A stretch of DNA of 32,000 bases from an uncultured Erysipelotrichaceae bacterium. Lineage in GTDB: Bacteria; Bacillota_I; Bacilli_A; Erysipelotrichales; Erysipelotrichaceae. Location of the stretch: assembly GCA_942492995.1 (NCBI GenBank), contig OW818653.1:1976348-2008347 (forward strand), written 5' to 3'. Made by a program: the position numbers and the translations under genes. This document shows positions 1 to 8,888 of the stretch, piece by piece (the first letter of the stretch is position 1; each line of letters starts with the position of its first letter). The notes below the pieces were generated by a model. That model saw only the letters and a list, made by a program, of their open reading frames with translations. It had not been told where the DNA came from and ran no database searches.

Positions 1-972
1 TACAAATGCCATTGCGATGGATTGATTCAATGTTGGACTCTTAGTACCTGATGATACAACCCCAACTTCTATTCCATTATGATATACAGGACATTGTTCA
101 CGTGCTATACCACGATCAATGAGTTGAAGACCAATTCTACGTTTGATTGGCTTTTCGCTAAGTGCTTCTTGCGCAATAAACTTCTCTTTATTTAATTTCA
201 CAAACATCGATAATCCAGCTTCTAATGGAGTTGTTTCATCGTTCAATTCATGTCCAAATAAAGGCATTGCGGCTTCTAAACGTAATGTGTCTCGACAACC
301 CAAACCACACGGTTCTACTCCAAGATCTTTCCCGGTTTCTAAGAAAAGATTCCATAGAAATTCAGTATCAGCCGCAGCTGTATAGATTTCATATCCATCT
401 TCACCGGTGTAACCAGTACGACTAATTAATACATTCTTACCTGCAATATCCACATTCCCTTTGAAGGTATAGTATGGCATATCATTGATTGGTGTTAAGC
501 GTTTTAAGAGCTCTTGACTAAGCGGTCCTTGGATTGCGATTTGTCCACAATCTTCACTGATGTCTTGGAATAATACATCCCCAAATAAATGTTCTTTTAT
601 GTAGCTAACATCTTTATCAATATTTGCCGCATTTACAACTACCAAGTATTCTTCCTCTGCCATACGATAGACTAGTAGATCATCCACTGCCGTCCCATCT
701 TTTCGAACAAGGACACCATAGCGTGTCTTATCAATCTCTAAATCGCTAAAATCATTACTAATTAGATATTGAAGATTCGCTAATGCGTCTTTTCCTGAGA
801 AATGTAGTTCACCCATATGACTTACATCAAACAATCCTACTTTCGTGCGAACCGTATGATGTTCATGTATGATCCCATTAGAATAGTGTAACGGCATTAA
901 ATATCCACCAAATTCCACCATATTCCCATTATGATTCTTATGCCAATTGAATAGAGGAGTAATTTTATCCAT
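1..972 (-). CDS. gcvT: Aminomethyltransferase (glycine cleavage system T protein); the 3' end runs off the left edge of the window
   Basis: Absent from the ORF track because there is no stop in the window. The reverse-strand ATG at 972 gives MDKITPLFNWHKNHNGNMVEFGGYLMPLHYSNGIIHEHHTVRTKVGLFDVSHMGELHFSGKDA... I translated the first ~130 codons by hand. The last 20 codons at the window edge, in the same frame, read VVSSGTKSPTLNQSIAMAFV. Both are typical GcvT blocks. A glycine riboswitch lies directly upstream. Confidence 0.9.
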   Translation of the reverse strand, partial: MDKITPLFNWHKNHNGNMVEFGGYLMPLHYSNGIIHEHHTVRTKVGLFDVSHMGELHFSGKDALANLQYLISNDFSDLEIDKTRYGVLVRKDGTAVDDLLVYRMAEEEYLVVVNAANIDKDVSYIKEHLFGDVLFQDISEDCGQIAIQGPLSQELLKRLTPINDMPYYTFKGNVDIAGKNVLISRTGYTGEDGYEIYTAAADTEFLWNLFLETGKDLGVEPCGLGCRDTLRLEAAMPLFGHELNDETTPLEAGLSMFVKLNKEKFIAQEALSEKPIKRRIGLQLIDRGIAREQCPVYHNGIEVGVVSSGTKSPTLNQSIAMAFV

Positions 973-982
973 AGGTTCCTTT

Positions 983-1165
983 AACGCACAAAAGGCGCTT
1001 AAAAAATAAACGCCTTCGTCTTTTTACCTGAAAGATTCTCTTACGATTGCCTCTTCGGTGGATTGACTCTCTCTACGAAGCTTTGTCCAATACCGGTCCC
1101 TTTTACCTGAGCGTTTATGCGTATTTCGCCTTCGGTGTCAATTTCTTGATCTCTCCCGGAATCTT
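983..1165 (-). promoter_or_regulatory. Tandem glycine riboswitch (two aptamers) plus a terminator-like expression platform, in the gcvT 5' leader
   Basis: Aptamer 1 on the minus strand reads CGGGAGAGATCAAGAAATTGACACCGAAGGCGAAATACGCATAAACGCTCAGGTAAAAGGGACCGG. Aptamer 2 reads GTAGAGAGAGTCAATCCACCGAAGAGGCAATCGTAAGAGAATCTTTCAGGTAAAAAGACGAAGG. That is two copies of the GGAGAG...CACCGAAGxxGCAA...CTCAGGxAAAAGGAC core. The hairpin GAAGGCG-N13-CGCCTTT followed by TGTG (1017..991) overlaps the 3' end of aptamer 2, which fits a glycine-ON design. An extended -10 (TGGTATAAT, minus strand, ~1178-1186) lies upstream. Confidence 0.85.
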
Positions 1166-1200
1166 CAACCAACTATATGTTTTATTATACCAATCTTTAC

Positions 1201-2505
1201 CTAAAGCTCAAACTGTAAGTCTCTAAAAACTTCACTTAAACTTGGATGTGCATAGATAATCGTATGGATATCTCGACAATCAACTTTATTCTCCATTATC
1301 ACAAGACATGTAGCGATTAGTTCAGATGCTTCACTACTCACGATTTCTACACCAATCATCTCATACTTATCGTTCACAATGCATTTTAAGTAAGAACGTG
1401 TATTTAATTTGATTTTTTGTTTGGCTAACGAACTGATTAATATTTTTTTTATTATATACGCGATACCCATCTCTTTGGCATTTTCTTCAGTTAATCCAGC
1501 ATACGCGATTTGAAGTGGTGTATAGATTACATATGGAACAAGCTTATTTTTTATTTCAACATTGTTTGCTAAATAATCAATGAGTTGTTCACCTTGAACA
1601 CTTGCGACATGGGCTAATTGGATGGATCCAGACACATCCCCAATTGCATATACATTAGGAATGTTTGTTTCAAACGAATTATTTACTTTAATAAACCCAC
1701 GTTCAAGTTCAATATTTGTATCCTCTAGATGTAATGAATCGATATTGGCTTTACGACCTGTCGCAATAATAACTTGATCATAATGGTTTTGTGTTTGGTT
1801 AAACTCTATATGGTACTGAGTATCCTTAGACCAATTATCAATCTTAGTATTAGTAAAGATCTGAATTCCAATACGTTTAAGTTCACGATCTAAGGTTTGC
1901 GCTGCCTCTTTCGGAACTTGGCTTAATATTCTTGGCGCAACTTCGATTAATGTCACATCATGCGTCATCATACGTAAAAAGCTCGCTAACTCTACCCCAA
2001 TAACACCTGCCCCTACAATTAATATGGATTGCTTGGTAAGGAATGGTTTATGTAACACATCATAACTTGTGAGAGATCCATCAATTGAAATCGGACTTGA
2101 GGGTTTCGCACCAGTACATATAATAATCTTATCGGCAGTATATTCATTTCCATCATCGTCCATTACATGTGAATTATCACTAAAGTGGATACGTTTATGG
2201 ATGATCTCTACTTTAGATTGGATTAGAGCTTTCTCAAGATTAGTTTGTAGTTCTGATTGAACACTATTCTTATGACTATAAACAGATTCAACACTATTAA
2301 GTACATTTAATGTTTGATCCATTTCATTTACTTTATATAAATGAAAACTATCTTCTAATAAACTCTTTGTAGGGATACACCCTTCATTTAAACAAACACC
2401 ACCAAGATTTTGGTTTGTAAATAACTGGACTTCCCATTTATATTTCGCAACTTTAAACGCTGCAGAATAACCTGCAGGTCCACTTCCAATAATAATCAAT
2501 TTCAT
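1201..2505 (-). CDS. lpdA: Dihydrolipoyl dehydrogenase (E3 / glycine cleavage L protein), short form of 434 aa
   Basis: FAD motif GSGPAG at the N-terminus, redox disulfide GGVCLNEGCIPTK, NAD motif GAGVIGVELA, and C-terminal YAHPSLSE (His-Glu dyad region). Its ATG overlaps the stop of the upstream lplA (ATGA at 2502-2505). Confidence 0.85.
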   Translation of the reverse strand: MKLIIIGSGPAGYSAAFKVAKYKWEVQLFTNQNLGGVCLNEGCIPTKSLLEDSFHLYKVNEMDQTLNVLNSVESVYSHKNSVQSELQTNLEKALIQSKVEIIHKRIHFSDNSHVMDDDGNEYTADKIIICTGAKPSSPISIDGSLTSYDVLHKPFLTKQSILIVGAGVIGVELASFLRMMTHDVTLIEVAPRILSQVPKEAAQTLDRELKRIGIQIFTNTKIDNWSKDTQYHIEFNQTQNHYDQVIIATGRKANIDSLHLEDTNIELERGFIKVNNSFETNIPNVYAIGDVSGSIQLAHVASVQGEQLIDYLANNVEIKNKLVPYVIYTPLQIAYAGLTEENAKEMGIAYIIKKILISSLAKQKIKLNTRSYLKCIVNDKYEMIGVEIVSSEASELIATCLVIMENKVDCRDIHTIIYAHPSLSEVFRDLQFEL

Positions 2506-3473
2506 AGATTATCTTCCTTATGTGATAATGCGTTTATAATCGCATCAATTTTCTCATCGACATCCAATGTATTAAGTACTTTCAAGAGTTCTGTTTCATT
2601 TGGTTGATGACCAATAACCGCTTTTTCAATGGAACGACACCAATCTGTGTCCATACTATCAGTATAAATATGATTGTTCACAATCGTTCCATCTTCTACT
2701 TCCATCATCCATTTAATACAACCGTAATCAAAACATTCTTCAAAATAAACTTTTTCATTATTTGTTTTACCTAATAACCATTCAATTGAACTAAACTGTT
2801 CAATCTTCTTAACATCAAAATCATATGGAATCGGATAAATATATGAATGAGTTTGATAATATTCTTGAACTGTTTTAAACAGTGTTTCAATTAAGGTTGA
2901 AATAGTAATTGGTTTAATATCGTTTAAATTCGCGATACGTGCAGCGACAGATTCCACATTCTTACGTTGAAGTTTCTTTGGGTTCACATTTAAGTATTTA
3001 CCCAAACTTGGTTTATTCACATTAACCAATAAAGTCCCATGATGTAAATGTTGGTTCTTTAAATGTGAAAACGCATTACCTGATACTTTCGCACCATCCA
3101 CTTCAATGTCATTTCTACCATTAACTGCGGCGTTGTACCCTAAATTTCTAAGGGTTTCGGCCATCATTTCCATCTGTTTCGAGATGTTAAACAATGATCC
3201 ATACGCAATAAAGCTAAAGTTTAAATTGCCTAAGTCATGATAAACAGCACCACCCCCTGATGTTCTTCGAGCAAGTGTGCCTTTATCTTCTAATAACTTT
3301 TCATAATGAACTTCACTTAAGGCGTGTTGGTTCTTTCCAATCACAACAGTATGTTCATTTTGCCATAAGTAAAAACGCACAGTATCAACAGGACATGTTT
3401 CAAGTAAATGTTGTTCAAGGGCTAAATTATAATGAGGATTCGTATTATGAGATTGATAGAGTTCTAGTTTCAT
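2502..3473 (-). CDS. lplA: Lipoate-protein ligase
   Basis: 323 aa. The RRTSGGGAVYHDLGNLNFSF block and the catalytic-Lys region (GAKVSGNAF) are typical of LplA/LplJ, and an LplA C-terminal accessory domain is present. Adjacent to lpd and gcvT. Confidence 0.85.
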   Translation of the reverse strand: MKLELYQSHNTNPHYNLALEQHLLETCPVDTVRFYLWQNEHTVVIGKNQHALSEVHYEKLLEDKGTLARRTSGGGAVYHDLGNLNFSFIAYGSLFNISKQMEMMAETLRNLGYNAAVNGRNDIEVDGAKVSGNAFSHLKNQHLHHGTLLVNVNKPSLGKYLNVNPKKLQRKNVESVAARIANLNDIKPITISTLIETLFKTVQEYYQTHSYIYPIPYDFDVKKIEQFSSIEWLLGKTNNEKVYFEECFDYGCIKWMMEVEDGTIVNNHIYTDSMDTDWCRSIEKAVIGHQPNETELLKVLNTLDVDEKIDAIINALSHKEDNL

Positions 3474-3546
3474 GTTATCACCTATTCAAATTATAACAAA
3501 AAGCATACGTATTTATTCTTTGAATTCATTATGCTAAAATTCTTTC

Positions 3547-3807
3547 ATGAACGAACTCTATTATTTTAAATTAAAGAACTGTCCGTATTGTATACGTGTA
3601 AATGGATATTTAGATGAATTGCTTAGTGAAGAGCGCTATAGATCAATTAATATTAGACATATTGATGAAACCAAGGAAAGAGAATTAGCGAACTCCTATG
3701 ATTATTATCTTGTCCCAAGTTTCTTCCTGAATCAGGATAAATTGTTTGAAGGAATTATGTCGAAAGACGATGTAAGAATGGTATTAGACTCTGTAATAAA
3801 AAAATAA
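3547..3807 (+). CDS. Glutaredoxin-like small thioredoxin-fold protein (CPYC active site)
   Basis: 86 aa with an N-terminal beta-strand followed by NCPYC, and a later VP (cis-Pro region, YLVPSFF). Size and layout match the glutaredoxin/NrdH/YruB-like family. Confidence 0.7.
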   Translation: MNELYYFKLKNCPYCIRVNGYLDELLSEERYRSINIRHIDETKERELANSYDYYLVPSFFLNQDKLFEGIMSKDDVRMVLDSVIKK

Positions 3808-3824
3808 AGACCCGAGGGTCTTTT
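3806..3824. terminator. Bidirectional intrinsic terminator between convergent genes
   Basis: AAAGACC-CGAG-GGTCTTT hairpin flanked by A-run and T-run, overlapping the TAA of the glutaredoxin-like gene and the end of the minus-strand gene. Confidence 0.55.
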
Positions 3825-4473
3825 ATAAAATCATGATGAAATATAACAATGAAACTAAGATTGGGATAAATAAATTATCAATTCCATGTGGAGATATTGC
3901 CTCAACTAAGGTTGCGACTAGACTTAATAAGAATACTTGTACAAAGTTAACTTGACCTAATTCGATTAATTGATACGCTACGATCACAATCATCGAAGTC
4001 ACTAACATCGCTAAACTACCTTCTAAAGTCTTATGACCTTTGAATATCGTATAAGAATGTTTGCCATACTTTTGACCAATTAGAGCCGCAAAACCATCTC
4101 CATATGCCATTACTAATAAGCCTAAACCACCGACGATATGAAATGAACGAGTGTGGAAGGTTGCGGCAGTTAAGAGTAGCACCGCTACTGAATAGTAGAT
4201 TGGTCCACTATTCGAATCTCTACGTTTAGTATTAATCGAGGGTATCCAATTATAAATAACGTTTAATGTGTTGAAAATAATGAAGAGAATTGGGGCAGTA
4301 ATCGCCAACCAATAATTCTTAATTAACAATGACGCAATTAACCACCAGTTCATCACAAGGATATGTGTGAATGTACGACTAAACTCAAATGGTAAATGGG
4401 TTAAACGAGTCGAAATCGCAATAATTATAACGATGTATAAAATCGATAAAAATAGTCCGAAAGTACTTTCCAA
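3823..4473 (-). CDS. Polytopic membrane protein of the CTP-transferase-1 superfamily (CdsA / dolichol-phytol kinase-like)
   Basis: 216 aa with about 6-7 hydrophobic helices. The motif AYGDGFAALIGQKYGKH is characteristic of the CdsA/DolK/phytol kinase family. It uses a TTG start 7 nt downstream of GGAGGT. A candidate promoter, TTGTGC-17nt-TATAAT, lies on the minus strand in 4500-4545. Confidence 0.6.
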   Translation of the reverse strand: MESTFGLFLSILYIVIIIAISTRLTHLPFEFSRTFTHILVMNWWLIASLLIKNYWLAITAPILFIIFNTLNVIYNWIPSINTKRRDSNSGPIYYSVAVLLLTAATFHTRSFHIVGGLGLLVMAYGDGFAALIGQKYGKHSYTIFKGHKTLEGSLAMLVTSMIVIVAYQLIELGQVNFVQVFLLSLVATLVEAISPHGIDNLFIPILVSLLYFIMIL

Positions 4474-4552
4474 AATTTAAACCTCCATTATGCACAAGAT
4501 AAGTGTAAAACGAGCTAATTATAACTAGTTTTCACAAAAAGCACAAGTTCCC

Positions 4553-5341
4553 TTAAATATGTTTATATACATCACACTGAAAACTAAGTTCAGTCAATAA
4601 ATGAGTTAATTGATAAAATGCGTTAATATTTGATTCTTTCGCATTATATCGATATGGGGTCATATCGAGTAAATCACGGATAGAATCAGGTGTATTTAAA
4701 CTTAAATCTTGTTTAATCTGATACGATTGGACCAATTCAAAATCATTTGAATTAAGCGTAAATACTGGATTTAATTTTACCGTTTCATATAATTCTTTTT
4801 TTAATCCATATAGATGAGTAGGCATTGGATTAACAACGATAAAGATACCATTTTGTTTAAGCGCACGTTTTATCTCATCTAATTTAAAAGGTGCGAAAAT
4901 GCATAATACACAATCAACTGAATTATTCATTATTGGTAAATCGGCGATACTTGCACAAAAATAGTAAGCATTTGACTGTTTAGATGCCAGTTTAAGCGCA
5001 GTTTTCGATAAATCAAACCCAATAAATTGAATATTTTCTAATCGATTGGCTAAATGATTGGTATAATAACCTTCACCACATCCAAGATCAATACACGTTT
5101 CAAAAGTGTAGGATTTAAAAATTGTGTGGAGTTGTTCTAAAAGAAATGTATAATGACCTTCGTGAAGAAAGCGATGACGTGCTTTAATCATTAAATCATT
5201 ATCTCCATGAAGTCGTTTGGAGTTACTTAAAAATAGGTTAGTATAACCATACTTTGATCTATCAAATGTATGCTTATTCGCACATGTATATGCTTTATCG
5301 GATGCGAATAAATCGCGTTTACAGATGGGACATTGAATCAT
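4553..5341 (-). CDS. rlmA: 23S rRNA (guanine-N1)-methyltransferase, RlmA family
   Basis: N-terminal Zn-ribbon (CPICKRDL...YTCANKHTFDRSKYGYTNL) followed by the SAM motif IDLGCGEGYY. I place the start at the internal ATG at 5341 (MIQCPIC...). It has an AGGA SD 5 nt upstream and removes the overlap with exoA, whereas the track start at 5422 adds 27 unlikely residues. Confidence 0.75.
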   Translation of the reverse strand: MIQCPICKRDLFASDKAYTCANKHTFDRSKYGYTNLFLSNSKRLHGDNDLMIKARHRFLHEGHYTFLLEQLHTIFKSYTFETCIDLGCGEGYYTNHLANRLENIQFIGFDLSKTALKLASKQSNAYYFCASIADLPIMNNSVDCVLCIFAPFKLDEIKRALKQNGIFIVVNPMPTHLYGLKKELYETVKLNPVFTLNSNDFELVQSYQIKQDLSLNTPDSIRDLLDMTPYRYNAKESNINAFYQLTHLLTELSFQCDVYKHI

Positions 5342-5406
5342 ACATCCTATTTTATCATAGATGACAATTAGAGCTACATTGTTTATACTGAAGAGAGAGG
5401 TGACAT

Positions 5407-6156
5407 ATGAAATTCGTATCATGGAATGTGAATGGTATAAGAGCCATTTTTAATAAGGGTTTTGAAGAAATATTCAATAATTTTGAGGCTGACTTCGTGT
5501 GCCTTCAAGAAACAAAAATGCAAGAAGGACAGTTTGATTTTAGTCCTGTAGGATATGAGAAATACTTTAATTATGCGGAGAAGAAAGGTTATTCTGGAAC
5601 CGCAATTTATACAAAACATAAACCATTGTCGGTCAGATATGGAATACACGTAGAAGACCATAATCATGAAGGACGTGTTGTGACCCTTGAGTATGATGAT
5701 TTCTATCTTGTATGTGTCTATACACCAAACGCACAAGAAGAACTTAGACGATTAAGTTACCGTATGGAATGGGAAGATGCGTTTAGAGAATATTTAGTTG
5801 AACTGGATCAATTTAAACCAGTTATTATCTGTGGTGACTTAAATGTCGCACACAATGAAATCGATCTAAAGAATCCAAAGACAAATCGTTTTAATCCTGG
5901 ATTTAGTGATGAAGAACGTGCTAAATTTACCGAGTTATTAAATGCTGGATTCATTGATACATTTAGAACGCTCTATCCAGATACTGTCCGTTATTCATGG
6001 TGGTCATATCGCATGAATGCACGTGCTAATGGGACAGGATGGAGAATTGATTATTTCGTTATATCGAATCGCTTAAAAGAGAAGCTTAAAGAAGCTAAAA
6101 TACACGATGATGTATTTGGATCGGACCACTGTCCTGTATCCATAGAGTTGGAGTAA
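5407..6156 (+). CDS. exoA: Exodeoxyribonuclease III (AP endonuclease)
   Basis: 249 aa with MKFVSWNVNGIRA, CLQETK, GDLNVAH and the C-terminal GSDHCPV motif of the ExoIII/Xth family. Confidence 0.9.
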   Translation: MKFVSWNVNGIRAIFNKGFEEIFNNFEADFVCLQETKMQEGQFDFSPVGYEKYFNYAEKKGYSGTAIYTKHKPLSVRYGIHVEDHNHEGRVVTLEYDDFYLVCVYTPNAQEELRRLSYRMEWEDAFREYLVELDQFKPVIICGDLNVAHNEIDLKNPKTNRFNPGFSDEERAKFTELLNAGFIDTFRTLYPDTVRYSWWSYRMNARANGTGWRIDYFVISNRLKEKLKEAKIHDDVFGSDHCPVSIELE

Positions 6157-6157
6157 C

Positions 6158-7363
6158 ATGTTTGAAGAAATCGTAACCGAATTACGTTTAACACCGAGTG
6201 AATTAGAAGATATAAGAGTCTCTAAAGCACCAAAGAATCAATATTGCCCATATTTTGAAGTGTGTGGTGGATGTCAATTATTGACATGGCCATATGAAAA
6301 GCAAGTTGAATGGAAAAAGAATCAATTAAAGGATTTATTTAAATCAAAAGAGGATATTGATTTTATTGGGGCTGAACAAACAACAGCGTATCGCCATAAA
6401 AATAGTATTTCTTTTAAGCAACAAGGTCTTTCGATTATTGCGGGTTTCTATAAACCTAAATCACATCAATTGATTAACATTAATCATTGTTTAATTCAAC
6501 ATCCTGCCGCTGAGAAAATATTCTTAAGCTTAAAGGATATTATGAAGAAAAATCGTATTGAACCATTTGATGAAGATCGTGAAACAGGTGTGTTAAGACA
6601 TGCCTTAGTACGTGTTTCGAAACATACGAATCAAATACTACTAGTCCTAGTCGTAGGTCAATCACCTTATCCAGGACGCAAGAATTTTATTGCGGCAATT
6701 CGCAAAGCACATCCAGAAATTACCACAATCATCGAGAATGTACATCCAATCAAGAGTCCATTCTTAATGGGTAAAAAAGAAGAGGTTGTATTCGGTAAAG
6801 GATACATTCAAGAAAAGATGAATGAAAAAGTATTTAACATTCAATCACGAACATTCTTCCAAATTCATATCGATCAAGCTGAGAACTTATTTAATGAAGT
6901 AATTAAGTACAGTGATTTAAAACCAACTGATGTATGTATTGATGCATATGCAGGAGTTGGAGTTATAGGCATGTTGCTGGCGGATAAAGTAAACAATGTG
7001 ATTAGTGTTGAGAGTAATCCCGATTCGATTCAGATTGGTAAGCGAAATGCGGAGTTGAATGGAATTAAGAACATTAAATTCGTACATAAAGATGCGACAG
7101 AATGGTTGAAAAATAGTACAGATTCATTTGATGTATTGGTTATGGATCCACCTCGTGAAGGTGCTGGTTACGCATTTATGGACACCATCGCTACGAAGAA
7201 ACCTAACACAATTATCTATATTTCATGTAATCCTGTTACACAAGTGAAGGACTTACAACAAATCTCTAAATCCTATAAAGTGGTAAAACGCTTTGGGGTT
7301 GATCTCTTCCCACAAACAATTCATGTGGAAAGTGTTGTCATCCTTAAAAAGGTAACATTTTAA
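6158..7363 (+). CDS. 23S rRNA (uracil-C5)-methyltransferase, RumA/RlmCD (TrmA) family
   Basis: Fe-S cysteine cluster (CPYFEVCGGCQL ... C at HCLIQ), SAM motif DAYAGVGVIG, MDPPREGAG, and the catalytic-Cys motif YISCNPVT. Its start lies 1 nt after the exoA stop. Confidence 0.8.
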   Translation: MFEEIVTELRLTPSELEDIRVSKAPKNQYCPYFEVCGGCQLLTWPYEKQVEWKKNQLKDLFKSKEDIDFIGAEQTTAYRHKNSISFKQQGLSIIAGFYKPKSHQLININHCLIQHPAAEKIFLSLKDIMKKNRIEPFDEDRETGVLRHALVRVSKHTNQILLVLVVGQSPYPGRKNFIAAIRKAHPEITTIIENVHPIKSPFLMGKKEEVVFGKGYIQEKMNEKVFNIQSRTFFQIHIDQAENLFNEVIKYSDLKPTDVCIDAYAGVGVIGMLLADKVNNVISVESNPDSIQIGKRNAELNGIKNIKFVHKDATEWLKNSTDSFDVLVMDPPREGAGYAFMDTIATKKPNTIIYISCNPVTQVKDLQQISKSYKVVKRFGVDLFPQTIHVESVVILKKVTF

Positions 7364-7373
7364 TTGAATTACT

Positions 7374-7407
7374 TAACCCATGTGTAAACGTGGGTTATAC
7401 TTTTATT
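7374..7407 (+). terminator. Intrinsic terminator after the rumA-like gene
   Basis: 9-bp stem TAACCCATG / CGTGGGTTA (one G-U pair) with loop TGTAAA, followed by TACTTTTATT. Confidence 0.6.
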
Positions 7408-7417
7408 AGGAGTTATT

Positions 7418-7975
7418 ATGTTAATTAAACCATTCCCAATCTTAGAAACGAAACGATTGAATCTAATCGAAATAAGTTATGAACATATTGAAGATCTATT
7501 TTTAATGCGTAATGATATTAGAATGCATGAATTCACAGATACACAAGTAGATTTAACTAGAGAAGATACACGATTATATATTGATAAAATGATCAATGGC
7601 ATAAATCAAAGTAAATGGATTATTTTGGCAATTGAACATAAAGAAACCAATAAGATTATTGGGACAATAAGTATCTGGAATATGATAAATAATAGTGCTG
7701 AACTTGGTTATGGAATAATGCCAAGTTATCAAGGATTTGGTTATATGAAAGAAGCGTTAGGTGAAGTCATCGAATTTGGTTTAACTAAACTAGGACTATC
7801 GTATCTGGATGCATATACAGAGGTATCTAATCTTAGAAGTAAATCCTTATTAGAGAGATTGAAGTTTGAGTATATTAATGAAGTAATTGATACAGGATAT
7901 ACAAATAATCGAGACTATAGAATGTTGTGTTATCGAATACACAATAATAGCGAAAAGGAGAATGTATATGCGTAA
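7418..7975 (+). CDS. GNAT family N-acetyltransferase (RimJ/RimL-like)
   Basis: 185 aa. GNAT motif A region (IGTISIWNM...ELGYGIMPSYQGFGYMKEAL) and the overall RimJ/L-like layout. Confidence 0.8.
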   Translation: MLIKPFPILETKRLNLIEISYEHIEDLFLMRNDIRMHEFTDTQVDLTREDTRLYIDKMINGINQSKWIILAIEHKETNKIIGTISIWNMINNSAELGYGIMPSYQGFGYMKEALGEVIEFGLTKLGLSYLDAYTEVSNLRSKSLLERLKFEYINEVIDTGYTNNRDYRMLCYRIHNNSEKENVYA

Positions 7976-8534
7976 TTGTTCATGGCCAGGAAGTAATGAT
8001 TTAATGCGAAAATATCATAATGAAGAATGGTGTATACCGAGTCATGATGATCGTTTTATCTTCGAAATGTTAAATCTAGAAGGTGCACAAGCTGGATTAT
8101 CTTGGAGTACTGTAATTAATAAACGATCTGAATATCTTCTTGCGTTTCATAATTTTGATATTCAATATTGTGCGAATTTATCCGAAGAAGATTTCGAAAA
8201 TATTCGATTGAATTATGGAATAATAAAAAACCGTTTAAAAATCAAAGCGGTTCGTACAAACGCAATTCTTGCGCTAGAACTTCAAAAAGAATTTGGCAGT
8301 CTCGCGAATTATTTCTGGGAATTTGTGAATCATAAACCGATTATCAATCATTGGCAAAGTGAAACGCAAATGCCAGCCGAATCAGATGTATCACAAAGAA
8401 TCAGTCAAGATTTAAAGAAACGTGGATTTAAGTTTGTAGGATCAGTTATCATGTATTCATTTATGCAAGCAATTGGAATGGTTGATGATCATAGTGTTGA
8501 ATGTGCGTATCATACCGAAAGAAAAAGACCCTAA
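7968..8534 (+). CDS. tag: DNA-3-methyladenine glycosylase I
   Basis: CSWPGSNDLMRKYHNEEWCIP, FEMLNLEGAQAGLSWSTV, and the C-terminal MQAIGMVDDHSVECAYH (Zn-snap Cys/His). I moved the start to ATG 7968, 8 nt after AAGGAG. The track start at 7887 lies inside the GNAT gene. Confidence 0.85.
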   Translation: MRNCSWPGSNDLMRKYHNEEWCIPSHDDRFIFEMLNLEGAQAGLSWSTVINKRSEYLLAFHNFDIQYCANLSEEDFENIRLNYGIIKNRLKIKAVRTNAILALELQKEFGSLANYFWEFVNHKPIINHWQSETQMPAESDVSQRISQDLKKRGFKFVGSVIMYSFMQAIGMVDDHSVECAYHTERKRP

Positions 8535-8537
8535 GGT

Positions 8538-8837
8538 CTAAAAATGGTATCTACGATTTGTAAGATTTCTTTGGTTTACATAGAGTTTAAACAATATCCC
8601 AAATGAACTTAGAATAATTAAATTACTCATCAATAGAAACAATGTCGCATTATCAATAAAAAATGAATAGGTTAAATCTTTAGATAAGAATAATATTATC
8701 CATAATAGATAAACACCAGTTGGACTAGAATTTAAGCTAGTTGCGGTAATGGTTAGAATTGTGACTAAATCTAATTGAATAAGTATTGCTAATAAAAATA
8801 AAATGAGGGCAAATAGTATTATTAGTAATTTACGCAT
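8538..8837 (-). CDS. Hypothetical small membrane protein (about 3 TM helices)
   Basis: 99 aa and very hydrophobic, with no recognisable motif and a weak SD. It lies 51 nt downstream of the GntR quartet on the same strand. It could be real, or an artefact of T-rich sequence. Confidence 0.35.
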   Translation of the reverse strand: MRKLLIILFALILFLLAILIQLDLVTILTITATSLNSSPTGVYLLWIILFLSKDLTYSFFIDNATLFLLMSNLIILSSFGILFKLYVNQRNLTNRRYHF

Positions 8838-8888
8838 ATTATATGGACCTTTTTTACAAGTTTAACAGATTTCATACGATGTGTGTAG

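Noticed and set aside
143-425. Plus-strand ORFs of 80 aa and 66 aa (143-385, 225-425)
   Set aside because: Both lie antisense inside the clearly recognisable gcvT reading frame. Their sequences are low-complexity and have no motifs.
5342-5422. Longer N-terminus for the RlmA-like gene (track start 5422), which would overlap exoA
   Set aside because: The added 27 residues (MIRISYVTSLFSINNVALIVIYDKIGC) have no SD and precede the conserved Zn-ribbon start MIQCPIC, which does have an AGGA SD. The internal start removes the divergent overlap.
5419-5736. 105-aa minus-strand ORF
   Set aside because: It is antisense to the well-supported exoA gene, and its composition is the Ile/Phe/Lys-rich kind typical of AT-rich antisense frames.
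7887-7967. Extended start of tag inside the GNAT gene
   Set aside because: The conserved Tag N-terminus begins at MRNCSWPG, with AAGGAG 8 nt upstream of ATG 7968. The extension is out-of-frame overlap with the GNAT C-terminus.
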